Positions 54,534 to 64,000 of a stretch of DNA of 64,000 nt are shown in pieces. The notes below the pieces were generated by a model. It was not told the origin of the DNA. It searched no databases and saw nothing but the letters and a program-made list of their open reading frames with translations. Location: NCBI GenBank assembly GCA_934122155.1, contig CAKOVX010000001.1, forward strand, positions 109,195-173,194, given 5' to 3'. Positions within the stretch are counted from its first letter, which is position 1. Every line of letters begins with the position of its first letter. Source of the DNA: an uncultured Clostridia bacterium (GTDB lineage Bacteria; Bacillota; Clostridia; TANB77; CAG-508). The position numbers were made by a program, and so were the translations under genes.

Positions 54534-56603
54534 TTACAAGGAAACGCTTTGCTTTAATTTGTTATCTACTAATTTTCTAATTCTTTCATTTTTTTCTTGT
54601 ATTAAGCCCTTGTCTTCTCCTTCTATTCTTAAAGCCACACTTTGTACTGATTTTAGCATTGGCATGTCTACAAATAAGTTTGCTATTTTAAATTCTGGAA
54701 TTCCATGTTGCCTTGTTCCAAAAAATTCTCCTGTGCCCCTTAGTTCTAGATCTTTTTCTGCAATAACAAACCCATCATTTGTTTCTTGCATTGTTTTCAT
54801 TCTTTCTTTTCCTACTTGCGAGCACTTGCTATTATATTTTAGTATGCAATATGATTGATATTGTCCTCTTCCTACTCTTCCTCTTAATTGATGAAGTTGT
54901 GCTAGTCCAAATCTGTCTGCATTTTCCACTACCATTATATTTGCGTTTGGTACATTTACTCCAACTTCTATAACTGTGGTAGACACTAGTATGTCTATCT
55001 CTCCATCTTTGAACTTTTGCATTATTTCGTCTTTTTCTTTTGGCTTCATTTTTCCATATACACATTCTACTTTGTACTCTGGAAAGATTTGCTCTTTATA
55101 TATTTTTGTCCATTCTTTTACAGCTTTTAGGTCTTTTGTAGTCTCGTCTTCTTCCTCTTTTTCTTTCTCTTCTACTAGTGGGCATACTACATATATTTGT
55201 CTGCCTTCGTCAATATTCTTTTTTATGAAGTTGTTTATTCTTTCTTCCATGCTTTTGGTTACAGCATATGTTTCTATTTTCTTTCTATTTGGTGGAAGTT
55301 CATCAATTATAGATATATCCAAATCTCCATATAGTATTAGTGCTAATGTTCTTGGGATCGGAGTTGCTGTCATTACTAAAGTATCTGGATTGTTTCCTTT
55401 GGCTGCAATTGCAGTTCTTTGTTTTACTCCAAATCTATGTTGCTCATCTGTTACTACTAAACCTAAATTTTTAAATGTAACATTTTCTGTTATTAAGGCG
55501 TGTGTACCAATCAACACATCTATTTCTCCATTCTGGAGCCTCTCTAATATATCCTTTTTATTTTTAACTGTTGTGGCTCCTAATAGAAGTTCACATTTTA
55601 TGCCTAAAGGAGCTAATATTTTACCAAACTCTTCCATATGTTGTGTTGCAAGTATTGCTGTTGGTGCCATTATTGCTGCTTGATATCCTGATTTTACTGC
55701 TTTATATGCAGCTATAATGCTTATTACTGTTTTGCCTGAACCAACATCTCCTTGAAGTAGTCTGTTCATTGGCTTTTCCGATTCCATATCTGTATCAATT
55801 TCTTCTAATACTCTTAATTGTGCTTTTGTTAATTTGAAGGGCAATGTATTTATTACATCTGACATTTTTGCATTTTTATCAAATGTAATTCCTTTATTTT
55901 TTTCACTATTTCCTTTTAGCTCTAATAATGCAAGTTGCATTGTCAATAATTCTTCAAATACTAAACGTTTTCTAGCTTGCATTCTATGTTCCATATCTAT
56001 CGGAAAATGTATTTGGTTTAGGCTGTTCTGCAAATCTAATAAATTGTATTCATTTAAAAGATAGTCTGGTAAAGTTTCTTCTAGTTTTCCATTTACCATA
56101 TTCAAAGCATTTTCTACTGCTTGTCTAATTGCTGTTTGAGATAGTTTATATGTAGTTGGATAAATTGGCATTATTTTACCTGTGTTTTTTGATGTATCTA
56201 CTTTGTCAAATACAGGGTTTCTCATTTCAAAGTGATTAAACTCATTTACTGCTTTTCCAAAGAATTTGTAAGTTTCTCCTCTTTTTATATGTTGTTTAAT
56301 ATATGTTTGGTTAAACCATGTTATTGTGCACCTTCCTGTATTGTCTTCAACTGTTGCTTTTATAATTGTCATATTTTTGCGTATTCTATTTATAGTAACC
56401 TCTGACACTACTGTTGCTTGTATTGTAACTTCTTCTCCATTTACCAAATCTGCTATATTCTTAGTTTTGCTTCTATCTTCATAATCTCTTGGAAAATATG
56501 TAAGCAAGTCTTCAATTGTATATATATTTAAGCTATTTAGTAATGGTACTTTGGCTGGTCCAACACTTTTTACATATTGCACATTTTGCTTTAAATCAAT
56601 CAT
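54534..56603 (-). CDS. recG: ATP-dependent DNA helicase RecG
   Basis: N-terminal wedge domain; helicase motifs I (GDVGSGKT), II (DEQHRFG) and VI (QLRGRVGRG); 689 aa. Confidence 0.9.
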   Translation of the reverse strand: MIDLKQNVQYVKSVGPAKVPLLNSLNIYTIEDLLTYFPRDYEDRSKTKNIADLVNGEEVTIQATVVSEVTINRIRKNMTIIKATVEDNTGRCTITWFNQTYIKQHIKRGETYKFFGKAVNEFNHFEMRNPVFDKVDTSKNTGKIMPIYPTTYKLSQTAIRQAVENALNMVNGKLEETLPDYLLNEYNLLDLQNSLNQIHFPIDMEHRMQARKRLVFEELLTMQLALLELKGNSEKNKGITFDKNAKMSDVINTLPFKLTKAQLRVLEEIDTDMESEKPMNRLLQGDVGSGKTVISIIAAYKAVKSGYQAAIMAPTAILATQHMEEFGKILAPLGIKCELLLGATTVKNKKDILERLQNGEIDVLIGTHALITENVTFKNLGLVVTDEQHRFGVKQRTAIAAKGNNPDTLVMTATPIPRTLALILYGDLDISIIDELPPNRKKIETYAVTKSMEERINNFIKKNIDEGRQIYVVCPLVEEKEKEEEDETTKDLKAVKEWTKIYKEQIFPEYKVECVYGKMKPKEKDEIMQKFKDGEIDILVSTTVIEVGVNVPNANIMVVENADRFGLAQLHQLRGRVGRGQYQSYCILKYNSKCSQVGKERMKTMQETNDGFVIAEKDLELRGTGEFFGTRQHGIPEFKIANLFVDMPMLKSVQSVALRIEGEDKGLIQEKNERIRKLVDNKLKQSVSL

Positions 56604-56706
56604 TTTACTACCTCTTTCTAGGCATTATTCTATCAAAATTTTTATTCAAAATCAATTATTATTCTTGTTTATTTGCATAAAGTATTGTATAATATATATT
56701 GTACTT

Positions 56707-57071
56707 GGGGATGTATTTGGTTTCGACAATATCCTAGAAGTATTGATAGCGAGTAGTGGATCTCTCACTTGGCCACTTTAATAATGTGAGAAATTAAAAA
56801 TAAACGCTGATAATAGAGAATTAGCATACGCTGCCTAATTAATGGCGCGTCATCTTACTTTAGGTGCCCACGCTTAGAGATTAAGGTGTCAAATTAGTGG
56901 GAAACAAAACTATTTTTAGTTATGAAAATAGTGGGTACTCTTAAATAACTACCTTTTTAATAAATTTGTTTATTGTGTTATTATTTAGGGAATCTTTACA
57001 ATAAACTGCACTCGGAGAAGTTGATATGGAAAGAATATTGGACAGGAGTTCGACTCTCCTCATCTCCACCA
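56707..57071 (+). ncRNA. ssrA: tmRNA (SsrA)
   Basis: GGGGATGTATTTGGTTTCGAC 5' tRNA-like start and ...GGACAGGAGTTCGACTCTCCTCATCTCCACCA 3' T-arm/acceptor/CCA. The internal tag ORF ends ...GCT GCC TAA (...LAYAA*). A TTGTTT-17-TGTATAAT promoter lies just upstream. Confidence 0.85.
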
Positions 57072-57138
57072 ATTTTTTTATTAAAAATACTTGCACATTA
57101 TTTTGTTTTATGCTAATATAATAAAGTATTAAATATTT

Positions 57139-57213
57139 AGGGGTATAGTGTTAATGGTAGCACATCGGTCTCCAAAACCGCCTGTGAGGGTTCGAATCCT
57201 TCTACCCCTGCCA
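57139..57213 (+). tRNA. tRNA-Trp (CCA)
   Basis: AGGGGTATAGTGTTAATGGTAGCACATCGGTCTCCAAAACCGCCTGTGAGGGTTCGAATCCTTCTACCCCTGCCA. Confidence 0.9.
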
Positions 57214-57309
57214 TATAAAAGAAGTTGATTTTTTATCAGCTTCTATTTTATTGCTTGATATTTTATTTTTGTTAATGTATAATAATTACACTAAAGATTG
57301 GAGATTAAT

Positions 57310-57738
57310 ATGGAAAAATTAAAGAAACTATTAAATAGAGAAGTTATTTTTTATATTATTTTTGGAGTGTTAACTACACTAGTTAATATTATTACATCAT
57401 ATGTTTTAAAGGCATTTTTACATGTAGAAGCTAATATTGCAAGTACTATTGGAATTATACTTTCTATTTTGTTTGCATATTTTACTAACCGCAAATGGGT
57501 TTTTAATTCTGAAGCAGATACTATTAGAAAGAAATTAATTGAATTTTTCAAGTTTATTTTAGGAAGAGCATTTACTATGATAATAGAAATTGTGGGTGTA
57601 TTTTTATTAAATGATGTTCTTCACGCATTTTATAACTTTGGTGATAATATAGGCTTTTTAATTGATAAGTGTATTATTACTGTTATTGTTATTATATTAA
57701 ACTTTTTTATTAGCAAATTTTTTGCTTTTAAAAAGTAA
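57310..57738 (+). CDS. GtrA family membrane protein (polysaccharide-synthesis-associated small flippase-like)
   Basis: 4 TM helices; YIIFGVLTTLVNIITSYVL...FTNRKWVF GtrA signature; ATG at 57310 with a GGAGA RBS (the track uses an upstream TTG). Confidence 0.65.
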   Translation: MEKLKKLLNREVIFYIIFGVLTTLVNIITSYVLKAFLHVEANIASTIGIILSILFAYFTNRKWVFNSEADTIRKKLIEFFKFILGRAFTMIIEIVGVFLLNDVLHAFYNFGDNIGFLIDKCIITVIVIILNFFISKFFAFKK

Positions 57739-57791
57739 ATACTTAAATTTTATTGTATATAAATTGGGGGCTACTAGAATTGGAGGTATTT

Positions 57792-58393
57792 TATGTCTAG
57801 TAGTTTTTTCAAGCCTTTTTATTATTTATTTGTTTTTATTTTTATTTTGATTATATTTATTTCATGTTTTTTTGGTCCTTCAATAGCTCGGTATAGAGTT
57901 CTACCCTTTTGATTCTAACGAAGAATATGTCTGGCCATCTCCACGGCTATACTTATATAACCTCATATTTTGGTTATAGAGGGTTACCAACAGCTGGTGC
58001 CACTGCTTATCATGCCGGAATTGACATTGGTGCTCCTGAAGGTAGCAAATTTATTGCTATTTGTGATGGTACTATTACTTTTGCCGAATTTTTAGGCGGT
58101 GGTGGTTACACTATTACTTTAACTAATGATAATATGAAAGTAACTTATTGTCATGTTTCACCTAACTTTATTGTCAAAGTTGGAGATACTGTTTTAAAAG
58201 GACAAGTCATTGGAAATGTTGGCCCTAAAAATGTTTATGGCGTCAAACGGAAATCAGTATAAAGACGAAAACCGGTAACCCTACTAATGGAGCTACCACT
58301 GGTCCTCATTTACATTTAGGAGTAAGAATTGATGGAAAATATATTGACCCTTTAAGTTTATTTGAAAAGCAAAAAATCGCTAAATGCTTTTAG
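57792..58393 (+). pseudogene. M23 family peptidase gene interrupted by two frameshifts
   Basis: Three consecutive frames encode a signal anchor (MSSSFFKPFYYLFVFIFILIIFISCFFGPSIARYRVLPF*), an M23 core (YFGYRG...YHAGIDIGAPEGSKFIAICDGTITFAEFLGGGGYTITL...VLKGQVIGNVGP) and an M23 C-terminus (KTGNPTNGATTGPHLHLGVRIDGKYIDP). The junctions are at CCCTTTT (about 57905) and CCCTAAAAA (about 58228). Confidence 0.55.
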
Positions 58394-58408
58394 CATTTAA
58401 CGATTTTT
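58372..58408. terminator. Bidirectional terminator
   Basis: CTAAATGCTTTTAGCATTTAAC palindrome flanked by A/T runs. Confidence 0.6.
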
Positions 58409-58411
58409 AAT

Positions 58412-58903
58412 TTACATATCTTCATCATTGTCATCATCATTATTCTCGCAATCACATTCTTGTTCTTCATCAGAACAGCCATCACAATGTGAACAACATC
58501 CACCGCAACCTTCTTCTTCATTCCAATCTAATTCAATCACATTATGACATTCTGGACATTCTACATCTGAATTTTCTTCACTATTTATATCTGTTATAAA
58601 TTCATGATTACAATATGGGCATACAATTTCAAATTCATATGATTCATCGTCCTCATAAATATCATTTTCTATTCCGTCTACTGTTTTTTTGACCATTTCA
58701 ATTCTATTGTCAATTTCTTTTTGCTTTTCTTCTACTTCTTTTACTCTTATATCTGTTAAGTATGTTAGTCTGTCTATAACGTCCATAAACATCATAGATA
58801 ACTCTTGAAATTTATTTAGAACAAATGCTCTTTCTTCTTCATCTTGAAAATGATTTTCTAATTCTGTTAATATTTTTTGATAATGATTTTTTAAATCTGA
58901 CAT
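58412..58903 (-). CDS. Hypothetical acidic zinc-ribbon protein
   Basis: Coiled-coil N-terminus; two CPxCN/CPECH zinc-ribbon motifs; extremely acidic Cys-rich tail (GCGGCCSHCDGCSDEEQECDCENNDDDNDEDM). Confidence 0.4.
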   Translation of the reverse strand: MSDLKNHYQKILTELENHFQDEEERAFVLNKFQELSMMFMDVIDRLTYLTDIRVKEVEEKQKEIDNRIEMVKKTVDGIENDIYEDDESYEFEIVCPYCNHEFITDINSEENSDVECPECHNVIELDWNEEEGCGGCCSHCDGCSDEEQECDCENNDDDNDEDM

Positions 58904-58921
58904 TGTTTTATTCCTTTCAGT

Positions 58922-59488
58922 TTATACTCTTTCCATATATTCACCAGTTCTAGTATCTATACGAATAACATCTCCAATATTTACAAACATTGGAACTGAA
59001 ATTTGATATCCATTTTCTAGAGTAGCTGGTTTTCCAGAAGTTGTAGTTGTGTTACCTGCGAAACCTGGTTCTGTATATGTAACTTCTAACTCAACAAACA
59101 TTGGTGGTTCTACTGAAAATACATTACCTTTGTATGATAAAATTTTAACATTCATATTTTCTTTTAAGAATTTTAAACTATCACCAAGTTGATCTTTATT
59201 AAGTGGTAATTGTTCATAAGTTTCATTATCCATAAAATAATAAATATCACTATCATTATATAAATATTGCATTTCTCTTTTTTCAATTTGTGCTGCTGCA
59301 TATTTATCTGATGGGTTAAATGTTTTTTCAATAACTGCTCCTGAAATTACGTTTTTTAATTTAGTTCTAACAAAAGCTGAACCCTTTCCTGGTTTTACGT
59401 GTTGGAATTCAACTACTTTGAATACATTTCCATCCATTTCAAATGTTGTTCCATTTCTAAAATCTCCTGCCATGTATACGTCTGCCAT
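58922..59488 (-). CDS. efp: Translation elongation factor P
   Basis: 188 aa, three OB/KOW domains; [15 protein letters not shown] loop carries the conserved modified Lys. Confidence 0.9.
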   Translation of the reverse strand: MADVYMAGDFRNGTTFEMDGNVFKVVEFQHVKPGKGSAFVRTKLKNVISGAVIEKTFNPSDKYAAAQIEKREMQYLYNDSDIYYFMDNETYEQLPLNKDQLGDSLKFLKENMNVKILSYKGNVFSVEPPMFVELEVTYTEPGFAGNTTTTSGKPATLENGYQISVPMFVNIGDVIRIDTRTGEYMERV

Positions 59489-59593
59489 GTTTAATTTCCC
59501 CTTTCAAAATATGTTTATTTCTGTAACTTTATGTTACTTGTTTTTTGTAAAGCCTTTATATTATACACCTTATTGCTACTAAAATCAAGCATT

Positions 59594-60667
59594 TTATTCT
59601 GCTTTATCTACTATAATATAATTTTTATCCGATTTTGTTAAATTTATGCAACCAGATTTTGTAATTAATGTTGTATCTTCTATTCTAATCCCAAACTCTC
59701 CAGGAATATATATTCCTGGTTCATTAGTTACAACCATATTTTCTTTAAGCATATTATCGTTTTTAAAACTTATAACTGGTGCTTCGTGAATATCAAGCCC
59801 TACGCCATGCCCTAAAGCATGTATTAAGCTATATCCATTTAATTTAAAATCGTTTTCAACATTTCTTGCTAAAATTCTAATACTTGCTCCTTCTCTCATG
59901 TCATTTTCTGTTTGTAATTGATTTTTTAGTACTAGATTATATATGCTTTTTACTTTTTCTGGCACGAACCCTGCAAATATAGTTCTTGTCATATCTGAGC
60001 AATATCCTTTATATTTACATCCAAAGTCTATTGTAATTGGATCTCCTACATCTATTTTCCTTTCTGTTGTTATTGCATGTGGTTTTGATGAATTTGGTCC
60101 AGATGCTACAATTGTCTCAAATGCTAGTCCATCTGCTCCATGGTCTAAAAAGTACTTTTCAATTTCAAATGCTACTTGTTTTTCTGTCATCCCTATTTTT
60201 ATAAAGTTGAGCAAATGTGAAAAACAGTTATCTGTTAATTCACAAGCTTTTTTTAAAAATTCAATTTCTTGTTCGTCTTTTATCAGCCTTTGTTTTTCAA
60301 TTATGTTCTCAGTTTCTTCTAGGTGGTTTGCTTTATATTTTTGCATATAGTTTTTATATGTTGCATATGTAATGTAATTTTCTTCAAAGCCGACATTTTC
60401 ACAAAATGAAAAAAAGTTTTCATAATCGTATTCACTAATATCTGTATAATTGCTTACAATAATTTCGTCATCTATTGTAACAGTTGCTCTTGCTGCCTCT
60501 ATATATCTAGCATCTGTAATATAGTAATTTTCTTTTCGCGTAATAAGCAATACTCCTTCTGCGTCAATCCCTGTCAAATACCTAATATTTGCAGGGTTGG
60601 ATACAATCATTCCTTGTATGTCTAGTCCTCTAAGCTTTTCTCTAAGGCATTTGATTTTTTCATTCAT
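59594..60667 (-). CDS. pepP: Xaa-Pro aminopeptidase (M24B family)
   Basis: Creatinase N-domain plus M24 pita-bread domain with the HALGHGVGLDIHEAP metal-binding signature. Confidence 0.8.
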   Translation of the reverse strand: MNEKIKCLREKLRGLDIQGMIVSNPANIRYLTGIDAEGVLLITRKENYYITDARYIEAARATVTIDDEIIVSNYTDISEYDYENFFSFCENVGFEENYITYATYKNYMQKYKANHLEETENIIEKQRLIKDEQEIEFLKKACELTDNCFSHLLNFIKIGMTEKQVAFEIEKYFLDHGADGLAFETIVASGPNSSKPHAITTERKIDVGDPITIDFGCKYKGYCSDMTRTIFAGFVPEKVKSIYNLVLKNQLQTENDMREGASIRILARNVENDFKLNGYSLIHALGHGVGLDIHEAPVISFKNDNMLKENMVVTNEPGIYIPGEFGIRIEDTTLITKSGCINLTKSDKNYIIVDKAE

Positions 60668-60691
60668 AAAACTCCACCTACTTTCTTCACT

Positions 60692-61444
60692 TTAAATTTT
60701 TCCTTTAAAAGTTCCTAAAGTAAATATTTTTAATACTATGGCTAACAGTAAATCAAATGGTGTAAATATAACAATAAATGTACTTGCTACAATAAATGGT
60801 CCAAATGGAATATATTCACCTGTTCCTTTTTTCTTTGTTATTAATATTCCAATACTTATAATTGCTGCTAATAAAAACGATATTACTGAAACAATTGCAG
60901 TGCTAGGCCATCCTAAAAATAGCCCAAGTGCTCCCATTAGCTTAACATCTCCAAATCCCATTGCTTCTTTCCCAGCAATTAAACCTCCTATTATAGTAAT
61001 TAATAAAAAGATTCCACCACCAATAAGCATTCCTAGCAAATTGTTTATAAATATATTCATGCCAAGTCCTGTGTCTATTATTACAGATAAAAATGTAAAA
61101 CCTAGTCCTGCTTCAAACATTGTTAGTGTTAGTCTATTAGGTATAATTTGAAATTTATAGTCTATAACAAATGCTATTAAAAGCATTGGTGTTAGCACTA
61201 AGTATTTAAACAAGTTAATGCTTACTCCCAATGAATACACTAGCCCTAAAAACATAATTACTGTTATTGTAATTAATATATAGTTTGGTTTGAAATTTTT
61301 AAAGTATTCTGTAAATATCTCCTTTGAAAAAACTTTTTTATACTCTGGTAGTCTTTTATTACACCAATCTATAAACTGTCCTACTATTATTCCTATTAAC
61401 CCTATAATTACATATACTAATATATGTGTGTCATTTATGTACAT
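60692..61444 (-). CDS. Prepilin peptidase (A24 family, PilD/ComC-like)
   Basis: Polytopic membrane protein with the GDVKLMGALGLFLGW region typical of type IV prepilin peptidases. Confidence 0.6.
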   Translation of the reverse strand: MYINDTHILVYVIIGLIGIIVGQFIDWCNKRLPEYKKVFSKEIFTEYFKNFKPNYILITITVIMFLGLVYSLGVSINLFKYLVLTPMLLIAFVIDYKFQIIPNRLTLTMFEAGLGFTFLSVIIDTGLGMNIFINNLLGMLIGGGIFLLITIIGGLIAGKEAMGFGDVKLMGALGLFLGWPSTAIVSVISFLLAAIISIGILITKKKGTGEYIPFGPFIVASTFIVIFTPFDLLLAIVLKIFTLGTFKGKI

Positions 61445-61445
61445 T

Positions 61446-61952
61446 TTATTTTCTCCTTTGTTCTTTTTGGCTTAAATATTTTTGTATAATTTTATTTTCA
61501 ATTGGCCTTTTTATTCTTGTGGCCCATATGTCTTTTTCATCAATTGGTTTTACTAATATTGGGAACATTTTAGCTCTATTAGCTCCAATTACATCTGTAA
61601 AAATTTGATCTCCAACTACCGCTATTTGTTCACTTGGTAATTCCATATTTTTCTTTGCTTTATTTAGTCCACTCTTTAGTGGCTTTTTTGCAAAATATGT
61701 ATATGGAATATTTAATTTTTTTGCAGTATTTTCAACCTTTTCTTTATGGTTGGAATTTGAAACAATATATAACTTTATATTATTTTGTTTTAAATTTTCT
61801 GCCCATTCTTTTATTCCTTCTGGCATTTTTTTGTTAAAGTCTATTAGCGTATTATCTACATCTAATATTAGCCCATTTATATTATTTTGCTCTAACATTT
61901 CAAGCGTTATTTCTTTTACATTGTTTAAGTATAGTTTTGGATATAAAATCAT
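61446..61952 (-). CDS. yqeG: HAD-IIIA family phosphatase (YqeG-like)
   Basis: DVDNTLI motif I, ~170 aa, conserved YqeG-like length. Confidence 0.65.
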   Translation of the reverse strand: MILYPKLYLNNVKEITLEMLEQNNINGLILDVDNTLIDFNKKMPEGIKEWAENLKQNNIKLYIVSNSNHKEKVENTAKKLNIPYTYFAKKPLKSGLNKAKKNMELPSEQIAVVGDQIFTDVIGANRAKMFPILVKPIDEKDIWATRIKRPIENKIIQKYLSQKEQRRK

Positions 61953-62135
61953 TTTGCCTCCAATAATTAGCTATTTTTTCATTTACAATATTATCAATAT
62001 GCTTTCCATTTGTCAATATGTATAATGGCAAAATTTAATTTAGCAAGACTCTTCACATATACAGAAAAATTGGCACGTTTTAATTAGTTAAACTAAAAAT
62101 TAAAAACGTGCCAATCTTCTGTCTTCACTGGCATT

Positions 62136-62822
62136 TTATTTGCAAAATCTGTGGTTTCCAATTGTTACAGTCATTGGTCTTGACCATATCCATTTGTTTG
62201 TAGCTGTATTAGGGTTAAAATAATAAATTGCTCCATAGCTTGGGTCCCAACCATTTAAAGCATCTTGTGCTGCTTTTTTTGAAGTCGAGTCTGGCGACAT
62301 ATTTATTTGCCCATCTGATACTGCATCAAATGCTCCTTTTTGATAAATAACACCTGCTACCGTATTTGGAAATGAGCTACTCTTAACACGATTTAATACA
62401 ACTGCCGCAACTGCAACCTTTCCTGTATATGGCTCTCCTCTTGCTTCTCCATGTACTAATCTAGCTAATAAATCTAAGTTGCTTGAATAACTTGAGCTTG
62501 AATTGCTATTTGATGAATTATATATTCCCATTGCTGCTAATGTATTCTTTCCGGCAATTCCATCAGCAGTTAGGCCATTTTTTGATTGAAACCATTTTAC
62601 AGCCTTTTGTGTTTTGGTTCCATATATTCCGTCTACACTTCCATTATAATATCCCCATCTTTTTAATTTTGTCTGTATTTGCTTTACTTCATCTCCTCTA
62701 GAGCCATATTTTGACAATGCCTCTACTTCGCTATTTCTAAAAAATACGTTATATGAAACAAATACAGTAAATACTAATATAATCGCTACTATTGAAATTA
62801 TAGCCTTTTTATTTTTTAACAT
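62136..62822 (-). CDS. sleB: Spore cortex-lytic enzyme SleB-like cell wall hydrolase (PG-binding domain plus hydrolase_2 domain)
   Basis: Signal anchor; PG_binding_1 (GSRGDEVKQIQTKLKRWGYYNGSVDGIYGTKTQKAVKWFQ); SleB catalytic region LARLVHGEARGEPYTGKVAVAAVVLNRV. Start likely MLKNKK at 62822. Confidence 0.75.
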   Translation of the reverse strand: MLKNKKAIISIVAIILVFTVFVSYNVFFRNSEVEALSKYGSRGDEVKQIQTKLKRWGYYNGSVDGIYGTKTQKAVKWFQSKNGLTADGIAGKNTLAAMGIYNSSNSNSSSSYSSNLDLLARLVHGEARGEPYTGKVAVAAVVLNRVKSSSFPNTVAGVIYQKGAFDAVSDGQINMSPDSTSKKAAQDALNGWDPSYGAIYYFNPNTATNKWIWSRPMTVTIGNHRFCK

Positions 62823-62889
62823 AAAAACACCTACTTTGGTAAAATTTATTATTATTTTAACCAAACTAGGTGTTTATATACACTAAACT

Positions 62890-64000
62890 TTAGAATATTC
62901 CAATAATGTTACCATTTTCGTCTAAGTCTATGTTCTCTGCTGATGGAATTCTAGGCAAACCAGGCATTGTCATAATTTTGCCTGTTAATACAACAATAAA
63001 CTCTGCTCCTGCTCTTAATACTACATCTTGTACATGTATATTAAAAGGTTCTTTGCATTCTAAATTTTTAGGATCATCTGAGAAAGAATATTGTGTTTTT
63101 GCAATACATACTGGTAGACCTGCATAACCTAAATTTTCAATTTCTTTAATATGTAATTTTGCTTCATCTGTAAATTCTACATCTTCTGCTCCATACACTT
63201 TTTGTGCTACTGCTTTGATTTTTTCTTCTATTGATTCATTTAGTTCATATGCAAATTTAAAGTTTGAAGGTTTTTCTGTTAAGTTTACAATTTTTTCTGC
63301 TAAGTCTTCTGCTCCTTCTCCGCCTTTTTCCCAGCTCTCAACTAAGCTTAAGTCAATGCCTTTTTCTTGCAATTTGTCTTGTAAAAATTTAATTTCTGCT
63401 TCAGTATCATGTGTATATTTATTTATTGCTACTATAACATTTAAGCCATAGCGATTTTTTAAATTATCTACATGTCTTTCTAGGTTTTCAAATCCTTTTG
63501 ATAAATACTCAATGCTCTCATTTTTTATTTTTTCTTTTGGCATTCCACCATGATATTTTAATGCTTTAATTGTTGCTACACATACTACTGCATCAGGTTT
63601 TATGTTTGCTTTTCTACATTTTATGTCTAAGAATTTTTCTGCTCCTAAGTCTGCTCCAAAACCTGCCTCTGTAACAACATAATCTCCTAATTTCAAAGCC
63701 AATTTAGTTGCAATTACACTATTACAGCCATGTGCAATATTAGCAAAAGGTCCACCATGAACTATTGCTGGAGTTTGCTCTAGACTTTGTACTAAATTTG
63801 GGTTTATTGCATCTTTTAATAATACTGTCATAGCTCCATCTGCTTTTAAATCTTTTGCTGTTATTGGTTTATTTTCTTTAGTATAACCAACTACAATATT
63901 TCCAATCCTTCTTTTCAAATCTTTTATATCTGTTGCTAAACAAAAAATTGCCATTATTTCAGATGCAACAGAAATATCAAACCCGTCCATTCTTGGTACT
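62890..64000 (-). CDS. fhs: Formate--tetrahydrofolate ligase, C-terminal ~370 aa; N-terminus lies beyond the window end
   Basis: ...HGGPFANIAHGCNSVIATKLALKLGDYVVTEAGFGADLGAEKFLDIKCR... is characteristic of FTHFS. Confidence 0.85.
   Translation of the reverse strand, partial: VPRMDGFDISVASEIMAIFCLATDIKDLKRRIGNIVVGYTKENKPITAKDLKADGAMTVLLKDAINPNLVQSLEQTPAIVHGGPFANIAHGCNSVIATKLALKLGDYVVTEAGFGADLGAEKFLDIKCRKANIKPDAVVCVATIKALKYHGGMPKEKIKNESIEYLSKGFENLERHVDNLKNRYGLNVIVAINKYTHDTEAEIKFLQDKLQEKGIDLSLVESWEKGGEGAEDLAEKIVNLTEKPSNFKFAYELNESIEEKIKAVAQKVYGAEDVEFTDEAKLHIKEIENLGYAGLPVCIAKTQYSFSDDPKNLECKEPFNIHVQDVVLRAGAEFIVVLTGKIMTMPGLPRIPSAENIDLDENGNIIGIF

Noticed and set aside
56707-57071. tmRNA tag peptide ending ...LAYAA rather than ...ALAA as a possible unusual degradation tag
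   Set aside because: The tag reading frame was inferred by eye from the stop codon only; without a structural alignment to place the resume codon this is not reliable enough to report
1-64000. CRISPR arrays or other tandem repeat arrays
   Set aside because: No regularly spaced direct repeats were seen; the only notable direct repeats are the 46-bp att duplication and the short motifs reported above

Overview
This looks like a low-GC Firmicutes (Clostridium-like) chromosomal segment; almost all genes run on the minus strand. (1) 1-0.6 kb: the 5' part of a glycoside hydrolase family 3 gene. (2) 0.7-21.4 kb: a convergent GT2 gene and a ~19.6 kb, 17-gene surface-polysaccharide (CPS/EPS-like) operon with its own sigma-A-like promoter. 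It encodes a UDP-4-amino-4,6-dideoxy-HexNAc pathway (PglF-, PglE- and PglC-like enzymes), a uronic-acid pathway (Ugd plus a UDP-GlcA 4-epimerase-like enzyme), Wzx/Wzy, GT2/GT4 glycosyltransferases, two TupA-like ATP-grasp amidoligases, a DUF362 protein, an acyltransferase-3, a frameshifted D-glucuronyl C5-epimerase-like gene and a terminal LCP ligase. (3) 21.4-30.4 kb: galE, cmk, two hypothetical genes, a GT-C/GT2 membrane glycosyltransferase pair separated by a decayed SanA(DUF218)-like remnant, then pnp and rpsO. (4) 30.5-35.4 kb: DUF4190, a secreted beta-propeller protein, a CYTH protein, a GreA-like factor and an unknown 361-aa protein. (5) 35.46-43.23 kb: the most notable feature, a ~7.7 kb integrated inovirus-like (filamentous phage) element inserted in the 3' end of tRNA-Phe and bounded by 46-bp perfect direct repeats. 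It carries an XRE repressor and divergent consensus promoter, small coat-like proteins, a large secreted pIII-like protein, a Zot/pI-like P-loop assembly ATPase, a rolling-circle Rep, its own tyrosine integrase and a DUF2726 nuclease-like cargo gene. (6) 43.2-64 kb: a tRNA Phe-Asp-Val cluster, ctpA, two coiled-coil M23 peptidases, ftsEX, split transketolase, upp-pyrP, an aldose epimerase, recG, tmRNA, tRNA-Trp, gtrA-like, a doubly frameshifted M23 peptidase, efp, pepP, a prepilin peptidase, yqeG, sleB and partial fhs. No CRISPR array was seen. Frameshifts at four sites cluster at short homopolymers, so assembly error must be considered before calling them biological.
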